Shown in pieces: positions 48,877 through 58,253 of a stretch of DNA of 64,000 nucleotides. The translations under genes were made by a program, and so were the position numbers. Each line of letters begins with the position of its first letter. The stretch's first letter is position 1. Source of the stretch: an uncultured Anaerolineaceae bacterium (lineage in GTDB: Bacteria; Chloroflexota; Anaerolineae; Anaerolineales; Anaerolineaceae); NCBI GenBank assembly GCA_964391725.1, contig CAYMNB010000002.1, positions 860-64,859 of the forward strand, given 5' to 3'. The notes below the pieces were generated by a model. The model saw only the letters and a program-made list of their open reading frames with translations, was not told the origin of the DNA and searched no databases.

Positions 48877-50381
48877 TTCTCTGCGTCTTCCCAATTCAGT
48901 GTGCGGTTGACGGCTTCTTTCCAGCGCCCGTACAGATGCTCTCGTCGTTTTTCCGGCATGGTCGGATTCCATTGTTGATCCGCCGCCCAGGCGCTGCGCA
49001 GTTCGCTTAAATTTGACCAGACCCCAACCGCCAGGCCGGCGGCATAGGCAGCGCCAAGAGCGGTGGTTTCTTTCACTTTGGGACGCACGACGGGCACATG
49101 CAGGATATCTGATTGGAATTGCATCAGGGTTTCATTGACAGTCATGCCACCATCTACTTTGAGGGTGGTGAGAGCGACACCAGAATCTGCTTGCATGGCT
49201 TCAAGGACTTCGCGGGTTTGGTAGGCGGTAGCTTCCAAGGCGGCGCGAGCAATGTGCCCTTTATTCGCATAGCCAGTCAATCCAACGATGATGCCACGCG
49301 CATCCGAACGCCAATAAGGGGCAAACAACCCGGAGAACGCAGGCACAAAGTATACACCGCCGTTATCGGCAACTGAATTGGCCAATTTTTCAATGTCGGC
49401 AGAAGTTTCTATCAAGTTGATGTTGTCGCGCAGCCACTGCACCAAAGAACCTGTAATGGCAATGGACCCCTCTAAACAATAGATTGGTTGCTGCGATTCG
49501 ATCTGGTATCCCATGGTGGTCAAGAGGCCTGAATGGGAGGGGACGATATTTGTTCCGGTATTCATCAGCATGAAACAACCAGTTCCGTAGGTGTTTTTTG
49601 CCTCGCCTTTCTCGTAGCAGGTCTGTCCGAACAGAGCTGCCTGCTGGTCTCCCAAGACGCCAGAGATCGGTATACCGCGCAATATATCTTCCTGTATGAT
49701 TCCGAAGTTGCCAGAGGAAGGGCGAATATCTGGCAGAATGGAGCGCGGGATATGAAACGATGCCAACGTGTCCTCATCCCAGTCCAAAGTTTGCAGATTC
49801 ATGAGCATGGTACGGGATGCGTTGGTCACATCTGTGAGGTGCAACCCGCCTTCAACACCGCCGGTTAGTCGCCAGATTAACCAGGCGTCGATGGTTCCGA
49901 AAAGGGCATTGCCTTTGGCGACTTCTTGCGGCAAACCATCCACATTTTCCAACAGCCACTTGATCTTGGTACCGGAAAAATAGGGATTCAGTGGAAGTCC
50001 GCAAATATCACGAAATCGGTCGTTGCCATACCCTAGTGCCAACTGCCGGCAAATTTCCGCCGTGCGTGTATCCTGCCAGACAATGGCATTGTGATAAGGC
50101 AGGCCGGTGTGTTTGTTCCAGGCAACTGTGGTTTCACGTTGATTGGTGATGCCTACTGCAGAAATGTCGGCAATTTTGGCATTGCCTTTGATCAAGGTGT
50201 TTTCAATGACCTCACGCACGCGCTGCCAGATTTCAATGGGGTTGTGTTCAACCCATCCAGCTCTGGGATAAATCTGTTTGTGTTCCTGTTGATCGACACT
50301 GATGATCTGGCTATCATGGTCAAAAAGAATACAACGCGAACTGGTCGTTCCCTGGTCAATGGCAGCGATATACTTTGTCAT
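48873..50381 (-). CDS. glpK: Glycerol kinase
   Basis: [34 protein letters not shown] and GGMT.N...MQFQSDI are present. Confidence 0.96.
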   Translation of the reverse strand: MTKYIAAIDQGTTSSRCILFDHDSQIISVDQQEHKQIYPRAGWVEHNPIEIWQRVREVIENTLIKGNAKIADISAVGITNQRETTVAWNKHTGLPYHNAIVWQDTRTAEICRQLALGYGNDRFRDICGLPLNPYFSGTKIKWLLENVDGLPQEVAKGNALFGTIDAWLIWRLTGGVEGGLHLTDVTNASRTMLMNLQTLDWDEDTLASFHIPRSILPDIRPSSGNFGIIQEDILRGIPISGVLGDQQAALFGQTCYEKGEAKNTYGTGCFMLMNTGTNIVPSHSGLLTTMGYQIESQQPIYCLEGSIAITGSLVQWLRDNINLIETSADIEKLANSVADNGGVYFVPAFSGLFAPYWRSDARGIIVGLTGYANKGHIARAALEATAYQTREVLEAMQADSGVALTTLKVDGGMTVNETLMQFQSDILHVPVVRPKVKETTALGAAYAAGLAVGVWSNLSELRSAWAADQQWNPTMPEKRREHLYGRWKEAVNRTLNWEDAEN

Positions 50382-50452
50382 GCCCGCTCTCCTTATTCGG
50401 TGTATGGTCTATCGTCAGACACATTATAGCGGAGAATGAGCGAATTTGGTAC

Positions 50453-51739
50453 TTATGGAGTGGCCAAGCGAGCTTCTAGTTGCTCAAACGATGTGATCCA
50501 GGCGACCTGTTGCAGGAAGGATTTTAGTGAGGTCGAGTTCTCAAACAACTGCCAAACTGCAGGCCCAACAGGGTCCAGGCCGGCAGCACCGGTTTGTCCG
50601 GTCTCTCCCGTAGAAGGTGCATTAACATAGGCGGAGTGGAAGGCAAAATAAGCCTGGTTCAATTTCCTGATGCGATAACCATTCTCCCAAAAGAATAAAC
50701 GCCGCATTTCCATATATTCTTCAGCCTCTTCGATCCTGCCATCTGCAAGCAGGCGGTCAACCTCAGTGCGTGTCAGGTACATTTCATAAGCAAAATCGAA
50801 GGTGGGCTCTTCGTCGGGAGTTGGAGGTGGTAGTTCGATCAGAGGGGTAGTGAGGTTAGGCAGCAGTTCGGGATAGTACAGGGAGATCAATCCATATTGA
50901 ACTGTGTACCCGACAATGTCGGCGGTGGTTTCATTCATCGTGCGTAATTCGGCGGATGTACCATAATTAATCCCCAGGGGGCGCAGGGTTAAGTAGTTGT
51001 GTGCCCATTCGTGAGCAACGGTACTGATCAACCACTCCAAATTGAAGGATTGCAGGACCATGGCGGGATAGGTACCCACCCCGCCAATATCGGTGATATA
51101 GGCGGACACATCAAGGTCTTCAGTGATCTGCTGTTCGATGTTTAGCATTGCTTCTAAAGGCAGGTCTGGGGTAAGGCTGAGGTTAGCATCCTGGCGGATT
51201 ACGTCGCGGGGTGAGACGATCAGTGCTTTTGGGAGCGGCGAAAACCTGAATAGCACGGGAGGTATTGGTTGCCCGCTGAATGATAACTGCTTTTGAGATA
51301 GAACCTCACTGATCTGCTGTTCAAAGATGGTTTCAGATACTGAGGCGGACAAGCGGTAGTCTGACTCGGTCTGCTCTAATTCTATAAATAAGTCAAACAT
51401 CGATATATCATCAGCCTGCATGGCAGGATCTGCGAGGATTTGGTTGATCTGGTTCTCCAGTAACCTGATTTGCCGTGCCAGATGCATGGTTTGATCAATG
51501 ACACCGCGTGCATTTTCCTGTGACAGCCTTTTGGGCAGGCCAAGCGAATACATTTGCAATTTCTCCCAAACAGCCTCAACAGACCAACCAAAGTACTCAA
51601 ATTCATGCATGCGGGAATACGCTCGGATCTGTTCAGTCTGTGCATTAATATCGACATTGCTTCTGGTGACCAACAAAGGGATCAATAGCAAGAAGCCAAG
51701 AATATACAGGGTAGGTTTGACAGTATTTCTTATCTGCAT
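50453..51739 (-). CDS. Membrane-anchored hypothetical protein with HExxH motif (putative Zn peptidase)
   Basis: N-terminal TM segment (LYILGFLLLIPLLV). VAHEWAHNYL is present, with a downstream Glu (NETTAD). I recognise no family. Confidence 0.4.
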   Translation of the reverse strand: MQIRNTVKPTLYILGFLLLIPLLVTRSNVDINAQTEQIRAYSRMHEFEYFGWSVEAVWEKLQMYSLGLPKRLSQENARGVIDQTMHLARQIRLLENQINQILADPAMQADDISMFDLFIELEQTESDYRLSASVSETIFEQQISEVLSQKQLSFSGQPIPPVLFRFSPLPKALIVSPRDVIRQDANLSLTPDLPLEAMLNIEQQITEDLDVSAYITDIGGVGTYPAMVLQSFNLEWLISTVAHEWAHNYLTLRPLGINYGTSAELRTMNETTADIVGYTVQYGLISLYYPELLPNLTTPLIELPPPTPDEEPTFDFAYEMYLTRTEVDRLLADGRIEEAEEYMEMRRLFFWENGYRIRKLNQAYFAFHSAYVNAPSTGETGQTGAAGLDPVGPAVWQLFENSTSLKSFLQQVAWITSFEQLEARLATP

Positions 51740-51835
51740 GCAAGCATTATACCTTTGGGGTGTTTGATGATTCTTAACTCATGGCTAAAAGGTTTATAAT
51801 AATTTTCATGGTGAACATTACACTAAGGAGCCTCT

Positions 51836-52771
51836 ATGACCTGGTTTGACATTATCGCCATTGTAGTTCTTTTTATCATTTTGGGTCTATCCTACTACTA
51901 TGGTCGCATGATAATCTTTCCCAAAGTGCACCCTTATGAAGAGGTGTATCAGATCAAGGTAGATGAGGGAACGCTCAATACCATGGATTGGGCGACCTGG
52001 GAAAAAGAAGAGATCTGGATCGATTCACCAAAACAATATCAACTGCATGGATACTGGCTTCCGGTGGAAGACGCGCTAGGCACAGTTATCATCGTTCACG
52101 GTATCACCGTGAATCTCTACGCTTCTGTCAAGTATATAAAGCCTTTTCGTAAGCGTGGGTTTAACGTGTTGGTGTATGACCATCGTAACCATGGCAAGAG
52201 CGGGGGCAATTTCACGACCTTTGGATTCTTAGAAAAGAGAGATCTCAAAGCTGTGGTTGATTGGGTTGAAAGACAAACCGGCCACAGAACAATCATTGGC
52301 ACCCATGGGGAATCATTGGGGGCGGCTACCTGCTTGCAGCATGCTGCCATCGATCCGAGAGTTTCTTTTGTCATTTCTGATTGCAGTTTTGCCGATTTGG
52401 CTGATCTGCTGTATTACCGCCTGCGTAAGGAATATCGTTTGATGGGTTGGATATTAATTCCGATTGCGAGTGTGTTTGTGCGTCTTATGGGTGGTTTTTG
52501 GCTCCAGGCCATCTCACCGGTGAAGGCTGTCCAGGATGTCGAAGCACCGGTATTCATCATTCATGGGGCTGAGGATGAATATATACCGCCTTCTCATGCC
52601 GAAAGGATTTTCGCTTCGAAAAAAAGGGGTGTGAAAAAATTGTGGCTGGCACTTCATTCTGACCATGCCGAATCACAACCAGTCAACCCGACCTTGTATG
52701 ACCAAAAGATCGGTGAATTCCTGTCTGACGTTATGGGCTCTAATTTGACAGCGGAAAAAGCTGATGACTGA
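51836..52771 (+). CDS. Alpha/beta hydrolase with N-terminal TM helix
   Basis: HG oxyanion region VIIVHGI, nucleophile elbow GESLG, and C-terminal ...HSDHA. Confidence 0.8.
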   Translation: MTWFDIIAIVVLFIILGLSYYYGRMIIFPKVHPYEEVYQIKVDEGTLNTMDWATWEKEEIWIDSPKQYQLHGYWLPVEDALGTVIIVHGITVNLYASVKYIKPFRKRGFNVLVYDHRNHGKSGGNFTTFGFLEKRDLKAVVDWVERQTGHRTIIGTHGESLGAATCLQHAAIDPRVSFVISDCSFADLADLLYYRLRKEYRLMGWILIPIASVFVRLMGGFWLQAISPVKAVQDVEAPVFIIHGAEDEYIPPSHAERIFASKKRGVKKLWLALHSDHAESQPVNPTLYDQKIGEFLSDVMGSNLTAEKADD

Positions 52772-53354
52772 TTTTTTATTGATTCGTCACACAACCACGG
52801 ATGATGTCGATGACCGTCTGGCAGGCAGGATCGATACACCACTGAATGAAATTGGCTTTGCCAAAGCGAGGCAACTGGCTGACGTTTTTTGTCGTTTAGA
52901 TATATCTGCTATCTATACCAGTCCAATGCTGCGTACGATGCAGACTGCTGAGGCGCTGGCTGTTGCCTGCGGATTGGCGGTTCAGCCTGATGAGGCATTT
53001 ATCCAGGTTAATTATGGCGACTGGGAATCCGTTCCTTATGAGGAATTGCAGGAAAATCCAGCATGGCGTTCTTTTATTACCTCTCCTGGGGGCCAGGTGC
53101 CGGGCGGGGAACACATCGACGATGTAATTCAAAGAGTAGCGCGTCGGTTAGAAATTTTGTCGGCAAAGCATAATGAAGATGATGTGGCGGTGATTGTGAC
53201 CCATGGCAGCATTATCCGATTCACCCTTGCCCATTACCTCGGCTTGCCCGCTGGTAAATCCAATCGTTTAAAGGTCTTGCCTGGTTCGGTTAATGGGCTG
53301 CGATTGGGTGGCAGAGTGCCAATTGTGTTCAAGTTGAACCATGAATACACGTGA
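52764..53354 (+). CDS. Histidine phosphatase (phosphoglycerate mutase-like) family protein
   Basis: LLIRHTTT corresponds to the RHG-type catalytic His motif. ...IYTSPMLRTMQTA and ...VIVTHGSIIR are also present. Confidence 0.75.
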   Translation: MTDFLLIRHTTTDDVDDRLAGRIDTPLNEIGFAKARQLADVFCRLDISAIYTSPMLRTMQTAEALAVACGLAVQPDEAFIQVNYGDWESVPYEELQENPAWRSFITSPGGQVPGGEHIDDVIQRVARRLEILSAKHNEDDVAVIVTHGSIIRFTLAHYLGLPAGKSNRLKVLPGSVNGLRLGGRVPIVFKLNHEYT

Positions 53355-53357
53355 CCA

Positions 53358-53774
53358 GTGGGCAAGGATGCGCCTCATTTCTTGTTTTCTCTGCTGCGGC
53401 AATGCCGATTCTGTCATCATCTGTTGCGATTTGCTGTCAAGCATTTTTCCAGGATATTGCCTGTGAAAACGATCCTCGAAACTGAGCACGCACTGGTTAT
53501 CAAGCACCCATCACCGACGTATCCGCTGCACCTGCTGATCCTGCCCAAAGCCGGTTGGCGCAATTTGTCGGAAGTAGCAGGAACCAGCCGCTTTTGGTCA
53601 GAATTGCCTGGCCTGGTTGAGCGTTTGGCTGCTGAGAACAATCTGCACAACAAGGGATACCGCCTGATCATCAACAGCGGTGAATACCAGGATGTTGAAT
53701 TGCTGCACCTGCATTTTGTTTCTGGTTGCAATCAAGTTGCCCCGATATCATCTGACTTGCCATCTCTTGATTGA
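53358..53774 (+). CDS. HIT-family-like protein with incomplete histidine triad
   Basis: CRFCHHLL resembles the HIT N-terminal C.FC motif. HLLILPK and GYRLIINSG are present. The triad region reads LLHLHFVSG, against the usual H.H.H.. pattern. Confidence 0.55.
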   Translation: MGKDAPHFLFSLLRQCRFCHHLLRFAVKHFSRILPVKTILETEHALVIKHPSPTYPLHLLILPKAGWRNLSEVAGTSRFWSELPGLVERLAAENNLHNKGYRLIINSGEYQDVELLHLHFVSGCNQVAPISSDLPSLD

Positions 53775-53836
53775 TATGCAGAGCTAACACATACAGATAA
53801 ACGACATTAAGCAGACTTTACTGCATGGGTAATGAA

Positions 53837-53869
53837 GTCAATCTCGATGATGGCGCAATCGAGATTGAC
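53837..53869. terminator. 12-bp perfect hairpin between convergent HIT-like and MFS genes
   Basis: GTCAATCTCGAT-(9 nt)-ATCGAGATTGAC followed by TTTGA. The T-tract is weak. Confidence 0.45.
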
Positions 53870-53929
53870 TTTGAGGGGTGAAGACTGCTGTTTACTGCTT
53901 TTCAACAGCTAATAAACGTGACCTTAAGA

Positions 53930-55222
53930 TCATGAATTGGTCTCTGCTGCCATGGGTGTCTTCTGGATTTGGTGATGGTCTTCAATATTGCGGATGGATG
54001 GCACCAGGAATAATACAATGCTCATGAATATGGTATATATTGCGCCGACCATAAACCAGCTTTGAACACCAAAGAACTCAGACACTGGCCCGGCAATCAT
54101 TAATCCGATCGGTGAAGCGGCTCCTGCCATCGTGCCGATGAGAGCGAATACGCGCCCTTGCATGTTGGGATCAACTGTATCCTGAAATATAGCCAGGAAG
54201 GGGCCATTTACAATCGGGTTAAGCAGGGCGAAAATGGCAATGCCTACCACCAACATCCAGAAGGCATTCACCGGGGCTAATGCCATCAGCAAAAGGCCAA
54301 TGGTTGAAACAGCCAATGCTGCAGAACTTGTGTAGACTTTGCGTTTGAAGCCGCCCCACATGCTCAATATCAGGCTGCCGAGAATGGTTCCAACGCCAAG
54401 GGTGGTTTGGATGGTTGCCAGAGCGGCGGCACCCAACCCGAAGGTGTCGCTGACTAGCAAGGGCAATAATGTAAAGGCGGGATTGACGATGGCATTTATG
54501 CCGGTAGCAAGAAGAAGCACATACATCATGCCTTTCCATTTGACAACATAGCGTAATCCTTCGCCGACATCGGCAAACATGGTTTTAATAGGGTTGGCGC
54601 GCTGTTCATCAGTGGTGACAATTTCTGGTTGGGGGATAGTGACAAAGAACAGGGGGGCGATAGCAATAGCAGCAGATACGACATCTATGAACATGATATC
54701 GCCGATTTCCATCAGTTCGATGGCAAGAGCGCCCAAAGGAGCTGCGATGATTGCCAGAAAACCTTGCAGCAACTGGTTAATCCCTTGAATTTTTGTAAAG
54801 CGTTCTTTTGGCACCATAAGTGATGTGGATGCAGCCATGGCCGTATAATGAAACGCGCCACCGATCGACCGGCCGAACATCAGCACATAGATGTGCCACA
54901 ACTGGATAAGATCAAACGCAAACAACAACGCGATCACGAAGGTCAAGAATGCAATCGCACCATCGGCAATGATCATGACTTTCTGGCGGTTCCAGCGATC
55001 AACCAACGCCCCTGCGAAAGGCCCCAATATCATCTCAGGCAGATGTCCTACCAATGCGAGTGTAGTCAATACAATAGCGCTGCCGGTTGATTCGGTGATG
55101 TACCAGATCAAGGCGAAGCCGACCATTCGGCTGCCGATCAAACTTAATGCCTGACCGATCCAAATGGGAAAGAACGTCCTTCTCCAATGAGGATTTTCTA
55201 CTTCAGTGAACTGCGTTGCCAT
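53930..55222 (-). CDS. MFS transporter (EntS/macrolide-efflux-like), paralogue A
   Basis: About 12 TM helices, with GALVDRWNR after TM2. The N-terminus MATQFTEVENPHWRRTFFPIWIGQALSLIGSR is nearly identical in pattern to the neighbouring gene. Confidence 0.85.
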   Translation of the reverse strand: MATQFTEVENPHWRRTFFPIWIGQALSLIGSRMVGFALIWYITESTGSAIVLTTLALVGHLPEMILGPFAGALVDRWNRQKVMIIADGAIAFLTFVIALLFAFDLIQLWHIYVLMFGRSIGGAFHYTAMAASTSLMVPKERFTKIQGINQLLQGFLAIIAAPLGALAIELMEIGDIMFIDVVSAAIAIAPLFFVTIPQPEIVTTDEQRANPIKTMFADVGEGLRYVVKWKGMMYVLLLATGINAIVNPAFTLLPLLVSDTFGLGAAALATIQTTLGVGTILGSLILSMWGGFKRKVYTSSAALAVSTIGLLLMALAPVNAFWMLVVGIAIFALLNPIVNGPFLAIFQDTVDPNMQGRVFALIGTMAGAASPIGLMIAGPVSEFFGVQSWFMVGAIYTIFMSIVLFLVPSIRNIEDHHQIQKTPMAAETNS

Positions 55223-55354
55223 GTTAACTTTCCTTTAGTTTTCTTCCGTATAACTGAAAATTATACCTGGAAAATTCAGGAAGTCAATAGCAACTATTGA
55301 AATAATTCAACGTACAATAAGAATTATGAATCTTTTGTACGAAATAAATCAACT

Positions 55355-56668
55355 CTATTCATCCGCTGTAATGAATACAGAATGTGAGGATGCGCCTTTT
55401 GGTAGAGCATCTCCAGATTTGACGCTGTCGAGGTTACGAATGGCAGGAATGCTGACCAAGGATACTCCCATGATCAAACAATAGATCCCGCCCGCAAGAT
55501 ACCATGTCTGAACATTGACTTGATCTGCTAATGGTCCTGCGACAATCATCCCGAGAGGGATGGCCGCACGGGCAGTTGTCACCAAAAGAGAAAAAACGCG
55601 CCCTTGCATTTCGGGCTCTACAGATTCTTGCAATAAGGCGCTCATCGGGGCATTGAGAAATGGATTGTTCAATCCGAAAATAGCGGCGCCAATGAGTACA
55701 AAGAGGTAACGGTTAAAGGGCGCAAAGCCAAAGAAAAGAAAACCCACACCCATCAAACTGACACCCAATGCCATGGTGAACATTTTTCGTTTAAAACCAC
55801 CCCAGATTGAGATAATTATGGAGCCAACCGCCATGGCGATGCCAATGATGATATTGGTGATGGCCAATACGTCAACGCCGTATTGAAAATCACGGCTAAC
55901 CATGATGGGGAGCAGATTGAAGGCGGGCAGGATAAAAAAGTTTGATATTGTGGCAAACAAGAATGCCAGCAGGAGGCCCCTCCATTGAATGACATATTGA
56001 AAACCGGCTTTCACATCACGGGTGAGGGCCTGTAATGGGCCAGTACTCTTTTCCTGATCAGGTTTTCTATCAGGTTGCGGGATCGCGATGAAAAGCAAGG
56101 GGATGATAGCAATCAAAGCAGTCACCATATCGATCAAGAGCACACCACCGATTGATAAGGTCGCTATGGCAATCGCCCCCAAAGCCGGGGTTGCTATCTC
56201 CAGCACGCTGTCTAAGAATTGGTTCAAACCCGCGATATTTGTCAGTCGCTCTCTTGGCACCAGCAGCGAGGTGGAGGCTTTCATCGCCGGATTGTGAAAT
56301 GCGCCGGCGAGAGAGCGGATGAACATCAGGATGTAAATGTGCCATAGTTGCTCGATTTGTAAATAGAACAAGATCGCCATTCCCAGGGTGGCGATCGCAA
56401 TCAGAGCGTCTGAAAGAATCAAGATTCGGCGTCGATTCCATCGATCTACACAGGCGCCCGCAAAAGGCATAAGTAGCAATTCTGGTACCAAACCGACCAA
56501 AGCAGTGATGGTTAAAACTACTGCGCGCTGTGTGGTGGCCGCCAAGTGCCACATAATGGCAAATGTCACAAGCCGACTGCCAAACAGGCTGAAGGATTGG
56601 CCAAACCATATCGGGAAAAAAGTTCTACGCCAATTAGGTTTCTCAGATTCTGAGAATTGTGTTGCCAC
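55355..56668 (-). CDS. MFS transporter (EntS/macrolide-efflux-like), paralogue B
   Basis: MATQFSESEKPNWRRTFFPIWFGQSFSLFGSR at the N-terminus, and GACVDRWNRR. It is collinear with paralogue A. Confidence 0.85.
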   Translation of the reverse strand: MATQFSESEKPNWRRTFFPIWFGQSFSLFGSRLVTFAIMWHLAATTQRAVVLTITALVGLVPELLLMPFAGACVDRWNRRRILILSDALIAIATLGMAILFYLQIEQLWHIYILMFIRSLAGAFHNPAMKASTSLLVPRERLTNIAGLNQFLDSVLEIATPALGAIAIATLSIGGVLLIDMVTALIAIIPLLFIAIPQPDRKPDQEKSTGPLQALTRDVKAGFQYVIQWRGLLLAFLFATISNFFILPAFNLLPIMVSRDFQYGVDVLAITNIIIGIAMAVGSIIISIWGGFKRKMFTMALGVSLMGVGFLFFGFAPFNRYLFVLIGAAIFGLNNPFLNAPMSALLQESVEPEMQGRVFSLLVTTARAAIPLGMIVAGPLADQVNVQTWYLAGGIYCLIMGVSLVSIPAIRNLDSVKSGDALPKGASSHSVFITADE

Positions 56669-56781
56669 GAGCCCTCCTCTGGCAATTAGGAGAATTATAT
56701 AGACAAGGGGGATTAGAAAATATTTAACTTAATCCAATGTATTATAATCGACATCACAAATTTGGCAATAGTGAGAAATTA

Positions 56782-58056
56782 ATGGCAGAAAAAATCGCAC
56801 CAACTACCGTCTGGGAGCCCACTGGCTTTAACATAATGTTGAAACCGGGGGGGGCTGTGTGCAATTTGACCTGTGATCATTGTTATTATCTCTCCAAAGC
56901 AGACCTGTATCTTGAAAGCACTTTTCGAATGTCTGATGCACTGCTGGCGTCTTTTACGAAGCAGTACATTGAAGCACAGCATGTGCCGGAAGTTACTTTT
57001 GTGTGGCAGGGAGGCGAACCAACTTTGTTGGGTCTTGAGTATTATCGAACAGCACTCTCGCTGCAGCAAAAATTCCGAAAACCCGGTGTAACCATCCGAA
57101 ATAGCCTGCAAACAAATGGAACTTTGATCAACGAAGAATGGGCGCAATTTTTCAAAGATAATGAATTTCTTGTCGGTATCAGTATTGATGGGCCGGAGGA
57201 TATTCATGATCGTTATCGTAAAGATAAAGCAGGCAAAGGCAGTTTTGACAGAGTTGTTCGCGGGTTGCGTTGCTTGCAAGAATTCAAGGTGGATTTCAAT
57301 ATCCTCACCTGTGTCAGTATTAACAACGCTGATCGTGGTTTGGAGGTTTATCAGTTCTTTCGAGATGAATTGAACGTGAATTTCCTGCAATTCATACCCA
57401 TCGTTGAAAGAGACAATCAAACTGGATTTCAAGAGGGCGGTACTTTGACTCAACGGTCACTAACCCCCAATCAATATGCCACTTTCCTTCTGGATATTTT
57501 TGATGAATGGGTGCGCCACGATGTGGGCAAGATGTATGTGCAAATTTTTGACACCACATTGGCATCATGGGCAGGAGAACGCCCGGGTTTGTGCATCTTT
57601 GAGCCCACCTGCGGGTTGGGATTGGTGCTTGAACATAACGGGGATCTTTATTCATGTGACCATTTTGTGGAACCTGCCCATCGTGTTGGAAATCTATCCA
57701 GCAACACCCTGACTGAACTGGTCTATTCTGAGAAGCAATTTGAGTTTGGCATGGCGAAAAGGCAATCCCTCACCCAATATTGCCTGGATTGTGAGTGGTT
57801 GTTTGCCTGTCATGGTGGATGTCCAAAGAATCGTGTACGCAAATCTCCACAGGGGGAGGACGGACAAAATTACCTGTGTCCTGCCTACAAAGAATTTTTT
57901 GCCTATGTTGACAAACCCATGCGCATCATGGCGAATCTGTTACGGCAGCAAAAAGCGCCTGCCGAGATCATGAAAATGATTGCGCAGAATCCAACGTCGG
58001 TTTTGGTAGAAAGACGGCGGGAAGAAACCCCTAAACAAAGACGCCGAAGGCATTAA
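56782..58056 (+). CDS. Radical SAM / SPASM-domain maturase, anaerobic sulfatase-maturating-enzyme (anSME)-like
   Basis: MLKPGGAVCNLTCDHCYY carries the CxxxCxxC cluster, and GGEPTL is present. The C-terminal Cys-rich SPASM region reads CIFEPTCG...YSCDHF...YCLDCEWLFACHGGCPKNR...YLCPAYKEFF. Confidence 0.8.
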   Translation: MAEKIAPTTVWEPTGFNIMLKPGGAVCNLTCDHCYYLSKADLYLESTFRMSDALLASFTKQYIEAQHVPEVTFVWQGGEPTLLGLEYYRTALSLQQKFRKPGVTIRNSLQTNGTLINEEWAQFFKDNEFLVGISIDGPEDIHDRYRKDKAGKGSFDRVVRGLRCLQEFKVDFNILTCVSINNADRGLEVYQFFRDELNVNFLQFIPIVERDNQTGFQEGGTLTQRSLTPNQYATFLLDIFDEWVRHDVGKMYVQIFDTTLASWAGERPGLCIFEPTCGLGLVLEHNGDLYSCDHFVEPAHRVGNLSSNTLTELVYSEKQFEFGMAKRQSLTQYCLDCEWLFACHGGCPKNRVRKSPQGEDGQNYLCPAYKEFFAYVDKPMRIMANLLRQQKAPAEIMKMIAQNPTSVLVERRREETPKQRRRRH

Positions 58057-58253
58057 ACAATAAGGCGGATCCAAAATTGTTTGATAAGCTGAGTAGAAGA
58101 GTTTTTTAATCTACAGTTAATTATTACAAAAGGTGCAGCTGTACAGAAAAAGGAACCTTTGTGTAGGGAAATGGCGTGCTCAGCAAATATCTGTTAAAGG
58201 TTCCAAGAAGGAAATTTGCGTTACAATTAAGGGCATACAGTTGATTCATAAGG

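Noticed and set aside
56070-57453. Two long alternative ORFs: a 179-aa alternative-frame ORF within MFS paralogue B (56070-56609), and a 224-aa ORF antisense to the radical SAM gene (56779-57453).
   Set aside because: The MFS and radical SAM readings carry full-length family signatures (12 TM helices; CxxxCxxC plus SPASM). The alternatives have none.
58171-58197. A mini-ORF, MACSANIC*, with two Cys residues, about 115 nt downstream of the radical SAM/SPASM gene. It is tempting as a RiPP precursor.
   Set aside because: It is only 8 codons long, has no leader region, and its purine-rich stretch abuts the ATG with no spacer. It also sits in the loop of a 9-bp hairpin (58152-58160 / 58196-58204) in the 5' region of the LysM gene. 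It is most likely chance.
58057-58253. A possible c-di-AMP (ydaO-type) or other riboswitch upstream of the LysM cell-wall gene.
   Set aside because: I could not find the conserved ydaO core elements by eye, only one long-loop hairpin. A cmsearch would be needed, so I make no call.
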